DNA from: Mobula hypostoma
Taxonomy: Eukaryota
Direction: 5' to 3'
NCBI RefSeq assembly: GCF_963921235.1
Contig: NC_086108.1
Span: 10,974,001 to 11,038,000 of the forward strand
Length of the DNA stretch: 64,000 nucleotides
Shown here: one piece after another, positions 1 to 12,949 of the stretch
Numbering within the stretch: position 1 is the stretch's first letter
How the letters are laid out: each line of letters opens with the position of its first letter
The notes under the pieces: model-generated
Told to the model about the DNA's origin: nothing
The model's database searches: none
What the model saw: the letters and a program-made list of their open reading frames with translations, nothing else
Made by a program: the position numbers and the translations under genes

Positions 1-850
1 GGGAAGAGCACCAGGGAGAAGTGATGGGCAGGTAAGGAGAGAAGGTGAGGGAGGGAAACAGGCATGGAGAATGGTGAAGTGGGGTACAAATACCAGAAGT
101 TCAAAAAATCGATGTTCATGCCATCAGGTTGGAGGCTACCCAGATGGAATATAAGGTGTTGCTCTTTCAACTTGAATTTAGTCTCATCATGGCAGTTGAC
201 ACGTGGGAATGGGAAGTAAAATTGAAATGGTGGCCACTGGGGGATCCCATTTTTTCTGGCAGGCAGAGCTTAACTTCTCAGTGAAGCAGTCTCCCAATCT
301 ACGTTGGGTCTCACCAATATGCAGGAAGCTGCACTGGGGGCACTGGACACAGTATATGACTCCAACAAACTCACAGGTCAAGTGTTGCCTCACCTGAAGG
401 ACTGTCTGGGGCTCTGAATGGTAGTGAGGAAGGAGGTGTAGGGGCACTTGTTCCACTTGCAAGGATAAGCACCAGAAGGGAGATCAGTGGGGAGGGATGA
501 ATGGACAAGGGGGTCACATAAGGAGTGATCCCTGTGGAAAGAGGTTGGAGGGTGGGATCCCATTGGATATGGCAGAAGTTTCGGAGAATTATATGCTGGA
601 TGCAGAGCCTGGTGGGATGGTAGGTGAGGACAAGAGGAAACCTATCCTTGGTAGGGTGGTAGGAGGATGGGGTGAGGGCAGACGTGCATGAAATAGAAGA
701 GATGCAGTTGAGAGTGGAGGAAGGGAAGCCCCTTTCTTTAAAGAAGGAAGACGTCTCAATTGTTCTGGAATGAAAAGCTTCAGCCTGAGATCAAATGTGG
801 TGGGGACAGAGGAACTGAGAGAAGTGGATGTCATTATTACTAGTGGCAGG
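1..850 (-). mobile_element. Penelope-like element fragment (GIY-YIG endonuclease region), degenerate
   Basis: ORF 187-462(-) reads QVRQHLTCEFVGVIYCVQCPQCSFLHIGETQRRLGD, homologous to the GIY-YIG ORF at 23107-23838; purine-rich 3' UTR at the window start. Confidence 0.85.
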
Positions 851-859
851 GTGGGAAGA

Positions 860-1335
860 AGTATTGTCCACATAATAGTGAGCATCAGTGGGTTTATAAA
901 AGATATCACTAGGTCTTTGCAGAACACCATGTTCCCCACCAAACTCCAGGCAGAACATGCTCCACCTACAACCACCCTCTACCAATTCTGTATCCAAGTT
1001 TCCTTGGGTCTCATGCCTACCATGGAGCTCCTTATCAAACACCATCCTCAAATTTATATTCACCATATCCACTGCTCTACTTTCTTCAGTGTGCTTTGTC
1101 ACATCCTCAAAATTCAGTCAGGCTCCTCACAAAGCCACTCTGGCTACCTCTAATCAGACTTGTGCTTCTCCACATGCTCCTAAAGCCTGTCTCTAAGAAA
1201 CTTCTCTAATAGTTTGCCCATCACGATAGAAAACTCTGGTCTATAATTCCCAGGATTATCCCTGTTAGCTTTCTTGAACAAAGGAATAACATTTGTCTCC
1301 CTAAAGTCTTCTGGTAATACTCCTGTGGTCAATCG
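860..1335 (-). mobile_element. CR1 LINE RT N-terminal fragment, degenerate
   Basis: Translation GVLPEDFRETNVIPLFKKANRDNPGNYRP..MGKLLEKFLRD is the CR1 RT domain 0-1 signature. Confidence 0.8.
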
Positions 1336-1871
1336 AAATACAGTGGTCACTGCCAATAGTTCAATGGGGGGGGGGAGTGTAAGGTTAATTGAGAGTTGAT
1401 AAAGTGGGCAGTTGGATTGGATTTTCCCTACTTCTGTGAGCGCAACACACCTGGGCAACGCTCCACAGGTAGATGGCTGGTGCTCTAACTGGACTCGCCT
1501 GGCCAGAGGCTCAGTTCGTTCTGGAGCACAGGCCTTCAAGACTACAGCTGGGATGTGCAATAGCGTGGTGGTTAGTGTGAGCGCTGTTCAGTGCAGCAAT
1601 CACTGACCATCCACCGCGAATGTGGACAGTTCAGGCTGGGTAACATGATTGAATCACTGTTCAAATATCTGCTTTGTACTGTGGACTTCAGGCACCTGGT
1701 GGAGTGGACAGTCACAAACGGCTCATTTCAAGAGGACTAGAATATAAAAACAAGGACGTAATGTTTCAAAGATAGAAAGCACATTTATTTTTGAAGTATG
1801 TATGCAGTATACAAAGCTTTATATAAATATAAAAACACTCGAGGCTTTATAAGATTTGTGTCACACTGCAC

Positions 1872-2277
1872 TTGAATTGAAATGACTTTATTACTTACAT
1901 CCTTTATATACAATCTTTATGTTATGTCTCTGCCTAACTATGCAATGTGCAATTTATAGTAATTTATAATAAAGAGTATGTTCAAGAGGACAGTTAATAT
2001 AACATGGAAATACAGTTCTGTCAGCATGAATTAATCTCACTGATGGCCTGGTGGAAGAAACTGTCTCAGAGCCTGTTAGTCCTGGCTTTTATGCTGCTGT
2101 ACCGTTTCCCTGATGGTAGCAGCTGGAACACTTTGTGGTTGGGGTGACTCAGGTCTCCAATGATCTTTCAGGCCCTTTTTACACACCTGTCTTTGTAAAT
2201 GCCCTGAATAGTGAGAAGTTCGCATCTACAGATCCAACTGGGCTGTCCGCACCACTCTCTGCAGAGTCTTGTGATTG
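1872..2277 (-). mobile_element. Rex1/Babar-type LINE 3' end
   Basis: Reverse complement resembles 26900-27335, including the AATAAA(G)TCA(A/T)TTCAATTCAA tail. Confidence 0.7.
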
Positions 2278-2500
2278 GAGTATTATTGCATGCAGTTTTT
2301 GACCCGTTATCTAAGAAAGATGTACTGGCATTAGAAAGAGTCCAGAGGAGGTCCATGAGAATGATCCAGTAACGACAGGGTTAATATGAGAAGAGCTTGA
2401 TGGCTCTGGGCCTTCACTTGCTGGACTTTAGAAGAATGAGGGGGGATCTCATTGAAACCTATCAAACATTAGAAGGTCTAGTCAGAGTGGATGATGAGAG

Positions 2501-3395
2501 TGTTACATACCTCATGGATATCTTGTGACTGTCTTACGACCATGATGTAATTGAATAGCTGATGAGGATGATGTAATGGTCTTTTGGAGGTCACCTGATG
2601 TAATTTTCCTGCTGATGTGAGGTCACATGATAACATGTTCACCTCGAGTATAAAAGGAGACCCCTAGGGTGACGCAATTAGTCTTCCAGTTAGAACGTCA
2701 GCCGGATACTCCGCTCCACTGCGTATTTGCCTTATGACGCAGTTTTGATTTAAAACTGAGTTTTATGTTCTAGTGTAAGGTACAAAAGTGTTGGACCGGC
2801 AGTTTAACCAATTGCTACTAGATTTGTTGATGTATCTTTTCAGTAGTATTGGAGAGTGAAGACGGGAACCTGAAGGAGTCATTCGGTGGTTTTGGAGAGG
2901 ATCAACCATTATTGAATTTGTTCAAGAAAGAGTGATCTGCATGAGATAGCCTCTGCTAAAAGCAGCAGAAAAGACTGTGCAGTATCTAGTATCCAGAGGG
3001 AAAGGTCAGTGCCTTTAAACCGTTTTATTTCCGTCATCGTGAATCCTGTAGACAAGGTAGGTTCCGGCTGGGATCGGCAGTGACGTCGTGTCTTCGAGGA
3101 ATTCTTTACTTCAGGAAAGTCTCTCCTAATTGACTGTATAAATTTCTTGCACTTTCAAATTTATCATTCTAAGAACTGTTTTTGAATTCACCACTTTAAG
3201 AACTGATTTCACATTTATCGCTTTAAGAACTAGCACTGAGTGGCGGTTTGTTAAATGGCTGCATAGCAGTTTACTTCCGGTTAAGATTTTCGTTTGTTTA
3301 TTTTTTTTAAATATTGGGCAGAGTTTAATAAATGTTTAATTGTTTTTATAAAACCTGATTCGATTGATATATTCATTGTTGCCGACCACGTGACG
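2501..3395 (+). mobile_element. Solo LTR (Gypsy-like), about 895 bp
   Basis: Starts TGTTAC and ends GTGACG (decayed GTAACA/GTGACA); TATAAAA at 2649; AATAAA at 3327; interrupts a CR1 that resumes at 3396. Confidence 0.7.
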
Positions 3396-3730
3396 AGAAT
3401 GTTTCCTATAGTGGTGGAGGTCCAAAACCAGAGAGCGCAGCTTCAGAATAGAGAAATAATCCCTTAGAACAGAGATCAGGAGGACTTTCTTTAGGCAAAA
3501 GATGGTGGCATTTTGGAATTCATTGAGACAGATGGCTATGACGGCCCCGTCATTGGGTATATTTAAAGTTAGGGTTGATAGTCAGGATGTCAAAGGTTAC
3601 AGGCAGAAAGCAGGAGAATGGGATTGAGAGAGAAAATAAACCAGCCAGGCTGGAACGGCAGAGCAGACTCAATGGGCTGAATGGCCTCAATCTGCTCCTA
3701 TGTCTTAGGGTCTGATGGAAAAAAAATATT

Positions 3731-3825
3731 CTGACGAAGGGTCTTGGCTCAAAAAATCATCTGTTTATTCCTCTCCATAGATGCTGCCTGACCTGCTGAG
3801 TTCCTTCGGCATTTTCTGTGTGTTA
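3731..3825 (+). mobile_element. Isolated PLE terminus with a decayed hammerhead motif
   Basis: CTGACGAAGGGTCTTGGCTCAAAA followed by GATGCTGCCTGACCTGCTGAGTTCC, as in the PLE 3' end at 24115-24204. Confidence 0.7.
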
Positions 3826-3902
3826 TGGTCTTAAATAGATGACTGTTAGTTCCAGATCTCTGTAGAGCTTCTAAACTCTCAAAGGAACTATTTCTGTTGG
3901 CT

Positions 3903-5057
3903 TGCAGAGACTGTGGTGCAGTGTGAGATTGTACAGACGGTGCAGAGACTGTGGTGCGGTGTGAGATTGTACAGACGGTGCAGAGACTGTGGTGCGGTGT
4001 GAGGTTGTACAGACGGTGCAGAGACTGTGGTACGGTGTGAGGTTGTACAGACGGTGCAGAGACTGTGGTGCGGTGTGAGGTTGTACAGACGGTGCAGAGA
4101 CTGTGGTGCGGTGTGAGGTTGTACAGACGGTGCAGAGACTGTGGTGCGGTGTGAGGTTGTACAGACGGTGCAGAGACTGTGGTGCGGTGTGAGGTTGTAC
4201 AGACGGTGCAGAGACTGTGGTGCGGTGTGAGATTGTACAGACGGTGCAGAGACTGTGGTGCGGTGTGAGGTTGTACAGACGGTGCAGAGACTGTGGTGCG
4301 GTGTGAGGTTGTACAGACGGTGCAGAGACTGTGGTGCGGTGTGAGGTTGTACAGACGGTGCAGAGACTGTGGTACGGTGTGAGGTTGTGCAGACGGTGCA
4401 GAGACTGTGGTGTGAGGTTGTACAGACGGTGCAGAGACTGTGGTGTGAGGTTGTACAGACGGTGCAGAGACTGTGGTGCGGTGTGAGATTGTACAGACGG
4501 TGCAGAGACTGTGGTGCGGTGTGAGATTGTACAGACGGTGCAGAGACTGTGGTGTGAGGTTGTACAGACGGTGCAGAGACTGTGGTGTGAGGTTGTACAG
4601 ACGGTGCAGAGACTGTGGTGCGGTGTGAGGTGGTGCAGAGACTGTGGTGCGGTGTGAGGTTGTACAGACGGTGCAGAGACTGTGGTGCGGTGTGAGGTTG
4701 TACAGACGGTGCAGAGACTGGTGCGGTGTGAGGTTGTGCAGACGGTGCAGAGACTGTGGTGCGGTGTGAGGTTGTACAGACGGTGCAGAGACTGTGGTGC
4801 GGTGTGAGGTTGTACAGACGGTGCAGAGACTGTGGTGCGGTGTGAGGTTGTGCAGACGGTGCAGAGACTGTGGTGTGAGGTTGTGCAGACGGTGCAGAGA
4901 CTGTGGTGCGGTGTGAGGTTGTGCAGACGGTGCAGAGACTGTGGTGTGGTGTGAGATTGTGCAGACGGTGCAGAGACTGTGGTGCGGTGTGAGGTTGTGC
5001 AGACGGTGCAGAGACTGTGGTGCGGTGTGAGGTTGTACAGACGGTGCAGAGACTGTG
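3903..5057. repeat. 38-bp minisatellite, about 31 units, with 33-bp variants
   Basis: Unit GCAGAGACTGTGGTGCGGTGTGAGGTTGTACAGACGGT; the spurious ORFs have a 38-aa period (3 x 38 nt). Confidence 0.97.
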
Positions 5058-5254
5058 ACCATGAGATGGAGAGAGAGAGCAGCATAGTGATTAGCACAAT
5101 CACCTACAACTACGTTTTAAGATGTGGGTTTTATTACTGCCACTGTCTGTAAAAAGTTTTTACACTCATCACCTCTCCTGTGAGATGGCTTTCTGCAGAT
5201 TGGACCTGGACTTTTGCTATGTTTCTTTGTCTCCTCTGTTCTAGTGATCAGCAG

Positions 5255-5500
5255 AACACAGATCCCCTTATTCAGCTGGAGCTTTTGGCTAGGGTAGTCA
5301 CTGAATGATTTTGTGGGTCTGTTTCTATAAAGTCCGTGACATACAAGCTGTATTCGTTTAGATTCTCTGAGTCCTTGAGCATGGCCCAGTCCATCGTCTC
5401 GAAGCATGACCACCTCTTTGTTGTTCTAATCTCTGCAGCCTGATATGTGGAGGACAGCCAAGTGACCAGATTTCCCAACATGATACCTGGGTGTGGAACA
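5255..5500 (-). mobile_element. Rex1/Babar-type LINE internal fragment
   Basis: Translation CFETMDWAMLKDSENLNEY..VTDFI resembles the endonuclease-RT linker of Rex-type LINEs. Confidence 0.55.
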
Positions 5501-5689
5501 ATAGGCATTCTTTACTGCGGTTTCCTACCTGACCTAAACCTTTTCAGTCACAAGGTTGGACACACTTTGGCTTGTTTTTCTCAGAAACTTCAAAAGCTGA
5601 GGGGAGACTTGATAGGAGTAAATAGAATTGTGAGAGGCATCGTTTGGACAGTCAGAATCATGAGGTGAATGCACAGATGTACTAGAGAT

Positions 5690-5808
5690 TCGGACACTGC
5701 TGGATATCTCGAGGAATACACACAAAATGCTGGAGGAACTCAACAGAGACAGCATCTGTGGAGGGAAACCAACACTCACCATTTTGGGCTAATACCCTTC
5801 ATCAGGAC
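5690..5808 (-). mobile_element. Isolated PLE terminus with a decayed hammerhead
   Basis: Minus strand GTC-CTGATGA-AGGG-TATTAG-CCC-AAAA plus the GCTGGAGGAACTCA terminal motif. Confidence 0.65.
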
Positions 5809-6224
5809 GGCACTTGGATCCTTCATTACGCAGAGTCTTTTAACCCCTCGTGTAGAGGTGTTAACCTTGATTGGGCATTGATTTAAACTCAGAAGGAAGA
5901 GTTAAATGGAGAATTATGTGGAAAAGTTTTCACTCGAGAGTAGTAGGTGCCAGGAACATATCACCAAGGAAGGTCTTGGAGACAAATACAGTAGCAATCA
6001 CCTTAGTATCCAATTCCTGACTTCAACATGCATGTAGGCCTATTCCACAGCCCATGGAAGGTAGTGCAGGGGGAGGGGTTAATTCCAAAATTCTCATCCC
6101 TAAAGCCAATGCTTCTCTTCTTCTGCCTGAATTGTTGATCAGTCATGAGCTATCTCTCAAAGTTCAAAGATTGAACTAAATTTATCGTCAAAGCATGTAT
6201 ATGTCACCGTATACTACCTTGAGA

Positions 6225-6639
6225 GGTTCCTTAAGGTTGTTACAGCCGGGGGAAAGAGTTTAGGGGCATGGAATGGGGACAAGACCCACGACCTATCAAA
6301 TGCTCCCAATGGTGTGCATCTCAAATAGCTTATGACGACCAAGTCCAGCTCCTGGACTTCATGTGTATCCTAGCTCACGGGAAAGGCTTTGGGATTAAAC
6401 CTGAAGGAAAAATCTGGAGTTGGAGTCCCCAAGGCAGTCCCTCATTGCATTTAACATTGACTAGCAACTCCTGCAACACTGCTGGTACCAAACTATATCA
6501 GTGTCTGCCATTCCTTTGGGTTCATCAACTGCATGGAGAAGGTGAGCTTGCTACATGGGGAAACAACTCGCTCTCCATATCATACTGACCAGGCTTGCAT
6601 ATCTGGAGAGCAAGGACCATGACTGATGGAGGCCTCAAC
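6225..6639 (+). mobile_element. Non-autonomous retroposon, family shared with 44722-45290; internally deleted copy
   Basis: Starts GGTTCCTTAA and ends GGAGGCCTCA; 12-bp TSD ACTACCTTGAGA (6213-6224) / ACTACCCTGAGA (6640-6651). Confidence 0.75.
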
Positions 6640-6871
6640 ACTACCCTGAGATTTATTTTCTTTCAGGCATTCACAGTAGAACAAAGAAACCCAACAGAAT
6701 CAGTAAAAGAACTACACACAAAAACTGGCAAACAATTATTGTGCAAAAAGAAAACAAACTGTGCAAGTAATAAATAAACAGATAATCATACTGATTAATT
6801 AATCCAAGAATATGATTGCAAAGAGTACTTGGATGTGAGTCCATCAGTTGTAAAATCAACTTGAACTTGAG

Positions 6872-7035
6872 GTGAGTGAAGTTATCCACACTGGTTCAGG
6901 AGCCTGATGGTTGTGGGGTAATAACTGTTCCTGAACCTGGTGGTGTGGGACCTGAGGCTCATTGTGGTGAGTGAAGTTATCCACACTGGTTCAGGAGCCT
7001 GATGGTTGTGGGGTAATAACTGTTCCTTAACCTGG
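6872..7035 (-). repeat. About 1.7 units of the 95-bp LINE-derived tandem repeat
   Basis: Reverse complement matches the units at 19556-19914. Confidence 0.85.
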
Positions 7036-7039
7036 TTGT

Positions 7040-8115
7040 ATGGGACCTTCAGCCCATCTAGTCCATGCCAAACCATTTAAACTGCCTACCCCCATCAAAC
7101 TGCATGGGGACCATAGCCCTTGTACCCCGACCATCCATATACCTATCCAACCTTCACTTAAACGTAGAAATTGAGCTCGTATGCACCACTTGTACTGGCA
7201 GCTCATTACACACAATCTCACCACCCTCTGAGTGAAGAAGCTTCCCGTCATGTTCCCCTTAAAATATTTCACCTTTCACCCTTAACCCATGACCTCTTGT
7301 TGTAGTCCCATCCAATCTCAGTGGGAAAACAAGCAACACACACCAAAGTTGCTGGTGAACGCAGCAGGCCAGGCAGCATCTCTAGGAAGAGGTACAGTCA
7401 ATGTTTTGGGCCGAGACCCTTCGTCAGGACTAACTGAAAGAAGAGCTAGTAAGAGATTTGAAAGGGGGAGGGGGAGATCCAAAATCATAGGAGAAGACAG
7501 GAGGGGGAGGGATGGAGCCAAGAGCTGGACAGGTGATAGGCAAAAGGGATATGAGAGGATCATGGGACAGGAGGCCCAGGGAGAAGGAAAAGGGGGAGGG
7601 GGGTATAAAACCCAGAGGATGGGCAAGGGGTATAGTGAGAGGGACAGAGGGAGAAAAAGGAGAGAGAGAGAAAGAATGTATGTATATAAATAAATAATGG
7701 ATGGGGTACGAAGGGGAGGTGGGGCATTAACGGAAGTTAGAGAAGTCAATGTTCATGCTATCAGGTTGGAGGCTACCCAGACAGAATATAAGGTGTTGTT
7801 CCTCCAACCTGAGTGTGGCTTCATCTTCACAGTAGAGGAGGCCGTGGATAGACATATCAGAATGGGATGTGGAATTAAAATGTGTGGCCACTGGGAAATC
7901 CTGCTTTCTCTGGCGGACAGTGGAAAAAGCCTGCTTGCATTTACCCTGCCTACACCCCTCATAATTTTGAATGCCTCTAACAAAATCTCCCCTCAATCTT
8001 CTACATTACAAGGAAAAAAATTCCTAACCTTTTCAATCTTTCTTCTAACTCAGGTCCTCCAGACCCGGCAACATCCTTGTAAATGTTCTCTGTATTCTTT
8101 CAACCTTATTTACAT
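7040..8115 (-). mobile_element. CR1 3' end interrupted by a PLE
   Basis: Translations FKGNMTGSFFTQRVVR and EAFKIMRGVGRVNASRLFPL. Confidence 0.8.
7330..7917 (-). mobile_element. 5'-truncated PLE (GIY-YIG C-terminus, 3' UTR, hammerhead motif)
   Basis: PVATHFNSTSHSDMSIHGLLYCEDEATLRLEEQHLIFCLGSLQPDSMNIDFSNFR; TSD CAGTGGGAAAA (7319-7329) / CAGTGGAAAAA (7918-7928). Confidence 0.9.
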
Positions 8116-8544
8116 CTTGCCTGAGTGCTGATGTCTAGCCCATCCTCGTTCAGCTCCTCTAGTAAGACGAACTGTTCCTACTAGAATCCACCTGCTGGGT
8201 CAGCAAAGAAGAATAAATAGACTTGACCTTGACTGCCAAGGGCCAGCCTGATGTGGTGAAGCCGGTGGCTCTCGCTGGCTGCCTCTGCACGAGGTTTGTG
8301 AGCACCAGAACGAGAAATGATAAAAAGCAGCTGTGCTAATGAGAAACAAACCAGACATGTCAAAACCAGTTAGTGTAAGCGGCTGGCCGTCAGCCTTCAG
8401 GTCCGTTCACAGCCATAATTCACACCTCAGCTGGCCAATGAATCAGCTCTGCCGACCACAGAAACAGCCTCATCGCGTTTCCCTGTCAGAGAGGAGTCGC
8501 CGGAACATTCTGACACAGTAAGGGCACTGAGGTGTCACAGGGGT

Positions 8545-9790
8545 CAGAACGTGCTCTGGAATTTCACATTTGAAAGGCCTCGATAGAGTGGGTGCAGAGA
8601 GGACGTTTCCCAAGATGGGGAGTCTATGGCCAAAGGGGACATCCTCAGAATAGAGGGGTGGCCTTTCGGATGAAGATGGGGAGGACAGATAGTGCTGAGT
8701 GTGTGGAATTCATTGCCACAGACGGCTATGGAAGCCAAGTCATTGGATATATTCGGAGGCTGGAGCTTAGGATGACAGTGCCTAATGACAACTCGTTTGC
8801 TTGCATCTTTGGAAGCAGCTCTATTTCCATCTTTAATATCTCTTTTTTCCCTCTTCTGGGTTCTTTTGAAGACTCTGACCTGGAGTTACACACTGACTTC
8901 AGTTCTTTGTGAAAATGGGACCTGCTCTTACAGCCTCATGTCCGGCCACTTTTCAATATGCCAAGAATGCGGCCTGGAAGTCCAGTGCACCTTCAGGGTG
9001 CCAGATTTTCGTGGCTCTGGAGGCGGATGGATTCAAGGCCGGTGCCACCGCCTGATGTGTTGTGGGAGAACACAGAAGATCGAAAGCAACGAGGTGGCTG
9101 CTGGCTGTGTGCCCAGAGACCCGAGTTCTTTGGGCACAGAGCTCGGTAAAAGTGATGCAACAGACTTTTATCACCATAAATCAGTGAATTGTTTTTGTTA
9201 TGCCTCCCCTCTCGCTGTGAAACAGACACTCGATGGGCCGAATGGCCTACCTCTGCTCCTATATCTTGTGGTCCTATGGTCTCTTTTTCTCTTATTAGGG
9301 ACAGAGAGAGCCTATGGTATGTCGAGTACTGGGTGATCGAGTCATCTTTGGAAGTCTATGTCTTTATTGAGGATTTGTTGCATGCTCAAGTGTTCAGTGG
9401 GGGGTGTCGATGCTTTTTTGCTGGTGGAAGCAGGAGCTTTGCTGATGCTTATGCATGGGAGGGGGGAGCTGGGGAGGCTTTGGGCTTCTAACGTTAAACT
9501 CATTCATTCATTGGGGCACTCCTCTGTTTTCTTAGATAGTTGCGAAGAAAAAGAATTTCAGGATGTATATTGTATACATTTTTCTGACATTAAATGTACC
9601 TATTGATAGCTAGTGAAACCTATATTTGAGACAGAGGTTGATAGGTTCTTGATGAGGGCATGAAGGGGTACGGGGAGAACGCAGGAGATTGGGACAGAGG
9701 GGGAAATGGATCAGCCATGAGGAAATGGCAGAGCAGACCCCATGGACCAAAAGGCTTAATTCTGCTCCTATATCTTACTGTCTTATGATC
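8545..9790 (+). mobile_element. CR1 3' end split by non-autonomous repeat(s) at about 8752-9605
   Basis: CR1 3' sequence at 8545-8750 resumes at about 9620 (TATATTTGAGACAGAGGTTGATAGG). Confidence 0.6.
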
Positions 9791-10077
9791 TTATTATCCA
9801 CATGTTAGGAATCTGGCAGCCCCAGAATTACTTATCATCCACTTCATTTCTTCTGGGAAGACCAGCAAGTCACTGCCCATCGAAATCCTGCTGGGAGATG
9901 CCGGAGTTAATTCTAGATAGAACAGTCATCAGACTGAATCTGTGAGATAGGCCCGTGCAGATGGGTTGCTAAGGGCTCTCGTTCTTCCAGGGAATTGGGC
10001 CAATATTCACCCTTTAGGATGCAAATCCCTGCCGATCCTGAAAATCTGAAACGAAAACCAGAAGTGCTGGAAATATT

Positions 10078-10352
10078 TTATTTTATTGAGATAGTGTGCA
10101 AAATAGGCCCTCCTGGCCCTTCAAGCAATAACACCCAGCAATTCTCCCAATTTAATCCTGGCTTGATTATAGGACAGATCACAATGACCAAATAACCTAC
10201 CAAGTGGTACATCTTTGGACTGTGGGAGGAGACAGGAAGACCCAGAGTAAACTCACGTGGAGAACATACAAATTTTATAGAGGCAGCAGAGGGAATTGAA
10301 CCCTCGTCACCTATTCTGTAAAGCGTTATGCTAACCACTACACTACCATGCC
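10078..10352 (-). mobile_element. tRNA-derived SINE (V-SINE/HE1-like)
   Basis: Minus strand has an A-box-like GGTAGTGTAGTGGTTAGC, a B-box-like GGTTCAATTCC and the central CCTCCCACAGTCCAAAGA. Confidence 0.65.
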
Positions 10353-10469
10353 TCCATATGCGGTAAGTCGAGCAGGATGTGTGGGGAGAAACAGATAACA
10401 TTTTGGGGCAATGACTGAGGCAAAACAACAGGAAAACTGTGGAGAAAGGGCAGGAAAAAGCAAAGGGGT

Positions 10470-10875
10470 GGTGTTCTCCCCACTTCCCCTCTGCATCTCC
10501 TCCTCTGTGATTCTCCCTCCCCAACCATCTCCCTCCACACCTCCTCCTCTCCACACCTCCCCTTTCAAACCTCTCTCTCCCTAACTCTACACCTCTCCCT
10601 GTTTCCCTCCCTCCTCAAATCTCCCTCTCCACACTTCTCCCTCTTCTCAGCCCTCTTCCATACCTCTCCCTCTGCATACTTTTCCCTTTCTCTCATCACA
10701 CCTCTCTATCTTCCATGCCCCTCCCTCTGTATACCTCTCCCTCTCTGTCCACACCTCTCCCTCTCTCTTCCGTAACTCTCTCTCTGTCCATACCTCTCCA
10801 CAAATCTGTCTCCACGGCATTCTCTTTAAGTCTCTCTCTTTGTATCTTAAACCTTTTTCACCTCTAACTTCTCCC
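10470..10875. repeat. Pyrimidine-rich low-complexity tract of degenerate CACACCTCTCCCTCT units
   Basis: Direct inspection. Confidence 0.8.
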
Positions 10876-11334
10876 AGTTGAGTGAAGCTGCCTGGTTAAT
10901 CCTCTACCTTCCTTCCCAAATGCTGCTTGAGCTGCTGGCCACCTTCAGCTTTTTGTCGTTTTTATTTCCAATCTCCCCAGTTAGAGGACTGTCTGAACAA
11001 CCACAGGCTCTCCCAGTGTCAACACCAATATGCCTCTGTCATCCAAGCAGATCAGGAGCAGATTAGAAAGGATTTGCATTTATATAACTTCTTATCATGT
11101 CCCTGCGGACATCCTGCAGTGCACCTGCATAAAATTCATTGCTCTGAACTGTGGTTGGTGAACAAATCAGACAGGCATCTGTCTTCACAAGCCAGACCCG
11201 TTCACACATCTCCTGAACCACGCCTGACCTAGTGTTGCTAATCGTGATTTGAACTTTCATCAAGAGTCAAACACGCACGGTGACTGAAACATTACACAAA
11301 AGTTCGGTAATGTTACTCAAGAAAACAATGATAT

Positions 11335-12075
11335 CACTGAACAACAAAGTTTTTTGAAAGAGTTGCTTTCTCAGATTTGTTTATGATAGACCGTTTGAAG
11401 CTGAACACAAACATAATTTCAGACTACTTGTATTGTGTAGGAATTTGGAGAAACATGAAACTAACTTTTATTGAATTGTATAACAGTGCTGACACTTTGA
11501 AGTAGTTCAACTAAACTAAAAATGTTTAGGTGATTTTCATTTGAATTCAGTGTCTGAGGCTTCTGTTTAAGTGTCCAACAATAATCAGCCAGCATTAGAA
11601 TTCCAGTTGCCCTGATACCATTTCTCCATGACCACAATGTCCTGGTGAAACCTTTCACCATGCTCGTCACTGACAGCACCAAGATTTGCAGGGTAGAAGT
11701 CTAAATGGGAATGCATAAAATGAATCTTTAGTAACATGTTGCACTTCATGGTTTTGTATGCTTGAAGCATATTGTCAACTTAGTTGTCAAAGTTTCAACA
11801 ACATCCTTGAATGACTTCCATGCGATTTTCTCCAGTCCCACTTGAGTTTCTCAAAATTGCCTATCATTGATGACCTGCTTGATTTGTGGACCAACAAAAA
11901 TACCTTCCATAATCTTGGCATCAGTTATTCAGACTTGAATTATGAACTGAGAATAAAATGATTTTTAAAACATGGTGCGTGATATGGAAATTTCATGGTA
12001 ATTTTCATGGTCAGCAGCCCAAAATCTATGATACACCCAAAAGCATTCAGAAAGCAAAATCGTTGTTGTCCAGTG
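11335..12075 (-). mobile_element. Internally deleted DNA transposon, Chapaev3-like (CMC superfamily)
   Basis: TIRs CACTGAACAACAAAGTTTT / reverse complement CACTGGACAACAACGATTTT; transposase C-terminus KIHFMHSHLDFYPANLGAVSDEHGERFHQDI..YQG..MLADYCW. Confidence 0.8.
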
Positions 12076-12429
12076 TAGTTGGAACTCAGAGACAGTTAGA
12101 AGATAGAACGCAGAACATTATGCACAGTGCACACCCTTCAGCCTACGATGTTGTGCCAACATTTTAACCTACTCTAAAATCAATCTCATAGCCTCCATTT
12201 CAGACTGGAACTCAGCAAAAGGAAACTACTCTTCTCTGAAGCCCGTAGCTGAGGAAGAGAGGAGACATGAGATAAACAGTCATAACACAGAATCCAAAAC
12301 AGACAGAGTAAATGCTGGAAAGCTCAGAACAAAATACATCATTTCTCAGTAGTCTGGATTTAACTCCTTCTGTCACTTCTGCCCTCAAATTTCCAACAGG
12401 TCTATATATGCTTATGTAGTCCTGGTCTT

Positions 12430-12920
12430 TGTCCACAACAGGAGGTTGTAGATTCAGTCCAGTACATTATGGGTAAAGCCCTCTCAACAACTGAGTACTT
12501 CTACATGAAATGCTGTCAGCATCCATCACCAGGGACCTCACCACCCTGGTCATGCTCTTTTCTCCTCTGCCATTGGGAAGAAGGCACAGGAGTCTCAGGA
12601 CCTGCACCAGCAGGTTCAAGATCAGTTACTACCCCTCAGCCATCAGGCTCCTGAACAAATGAGGTTCATTACACTCATCTATTGAGATGTTCACACAACC
12701 AATGATCTCACTTTAAGGAATCTTTATATCATTATTTATTGTTATTTATATTTGCATTTGCAGTTTGTTGTCTTCTGCACTCTGGTTGGTCTTTCATTGA
12801 TCCTGATATAGTTACATTTCTATAAACTTGCTGAGTGTGCCCACAAGAAAATAGATCTCAGGATTGTATTTGATGACATATACAGTATGTACTCTGATAA
12901 TACAGTTACTTTGAACTTTG
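12430..12920 (+). mobile_element. Rex1/Babar-type LINE 3' end
   Basis: Contains AGGTTCAAGATCAGTTACTACCCCTCAGCCATCAGGCTCCTGAA (RF.NSYYP.AIRLLN-like) and a TTTGAACTTTGAA tail. Confidence 0.7.
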
Positions 12921-12949
12921 AACCAATTTTTCTGCTCCTCTACAAACTT

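Larger units (their letters stand above)
1715..3715 (+). mobile_element. Old CR1 3' portion, split by a Rex-type insert (1872-2277) and a solo LTR (2501-3395)
   Basis: Collinear pieces match the CR1 C-terminal coding region and 3' UTR seen in the young copies (e.g. 60800-61477). Confidence 0.75.

Noticed and set aside
3749..5103. 437-aa and 410-aa ORFs
   Set aside because: They result from a stop-free 38-bp minisatellite; the same peptide cycles through all frames
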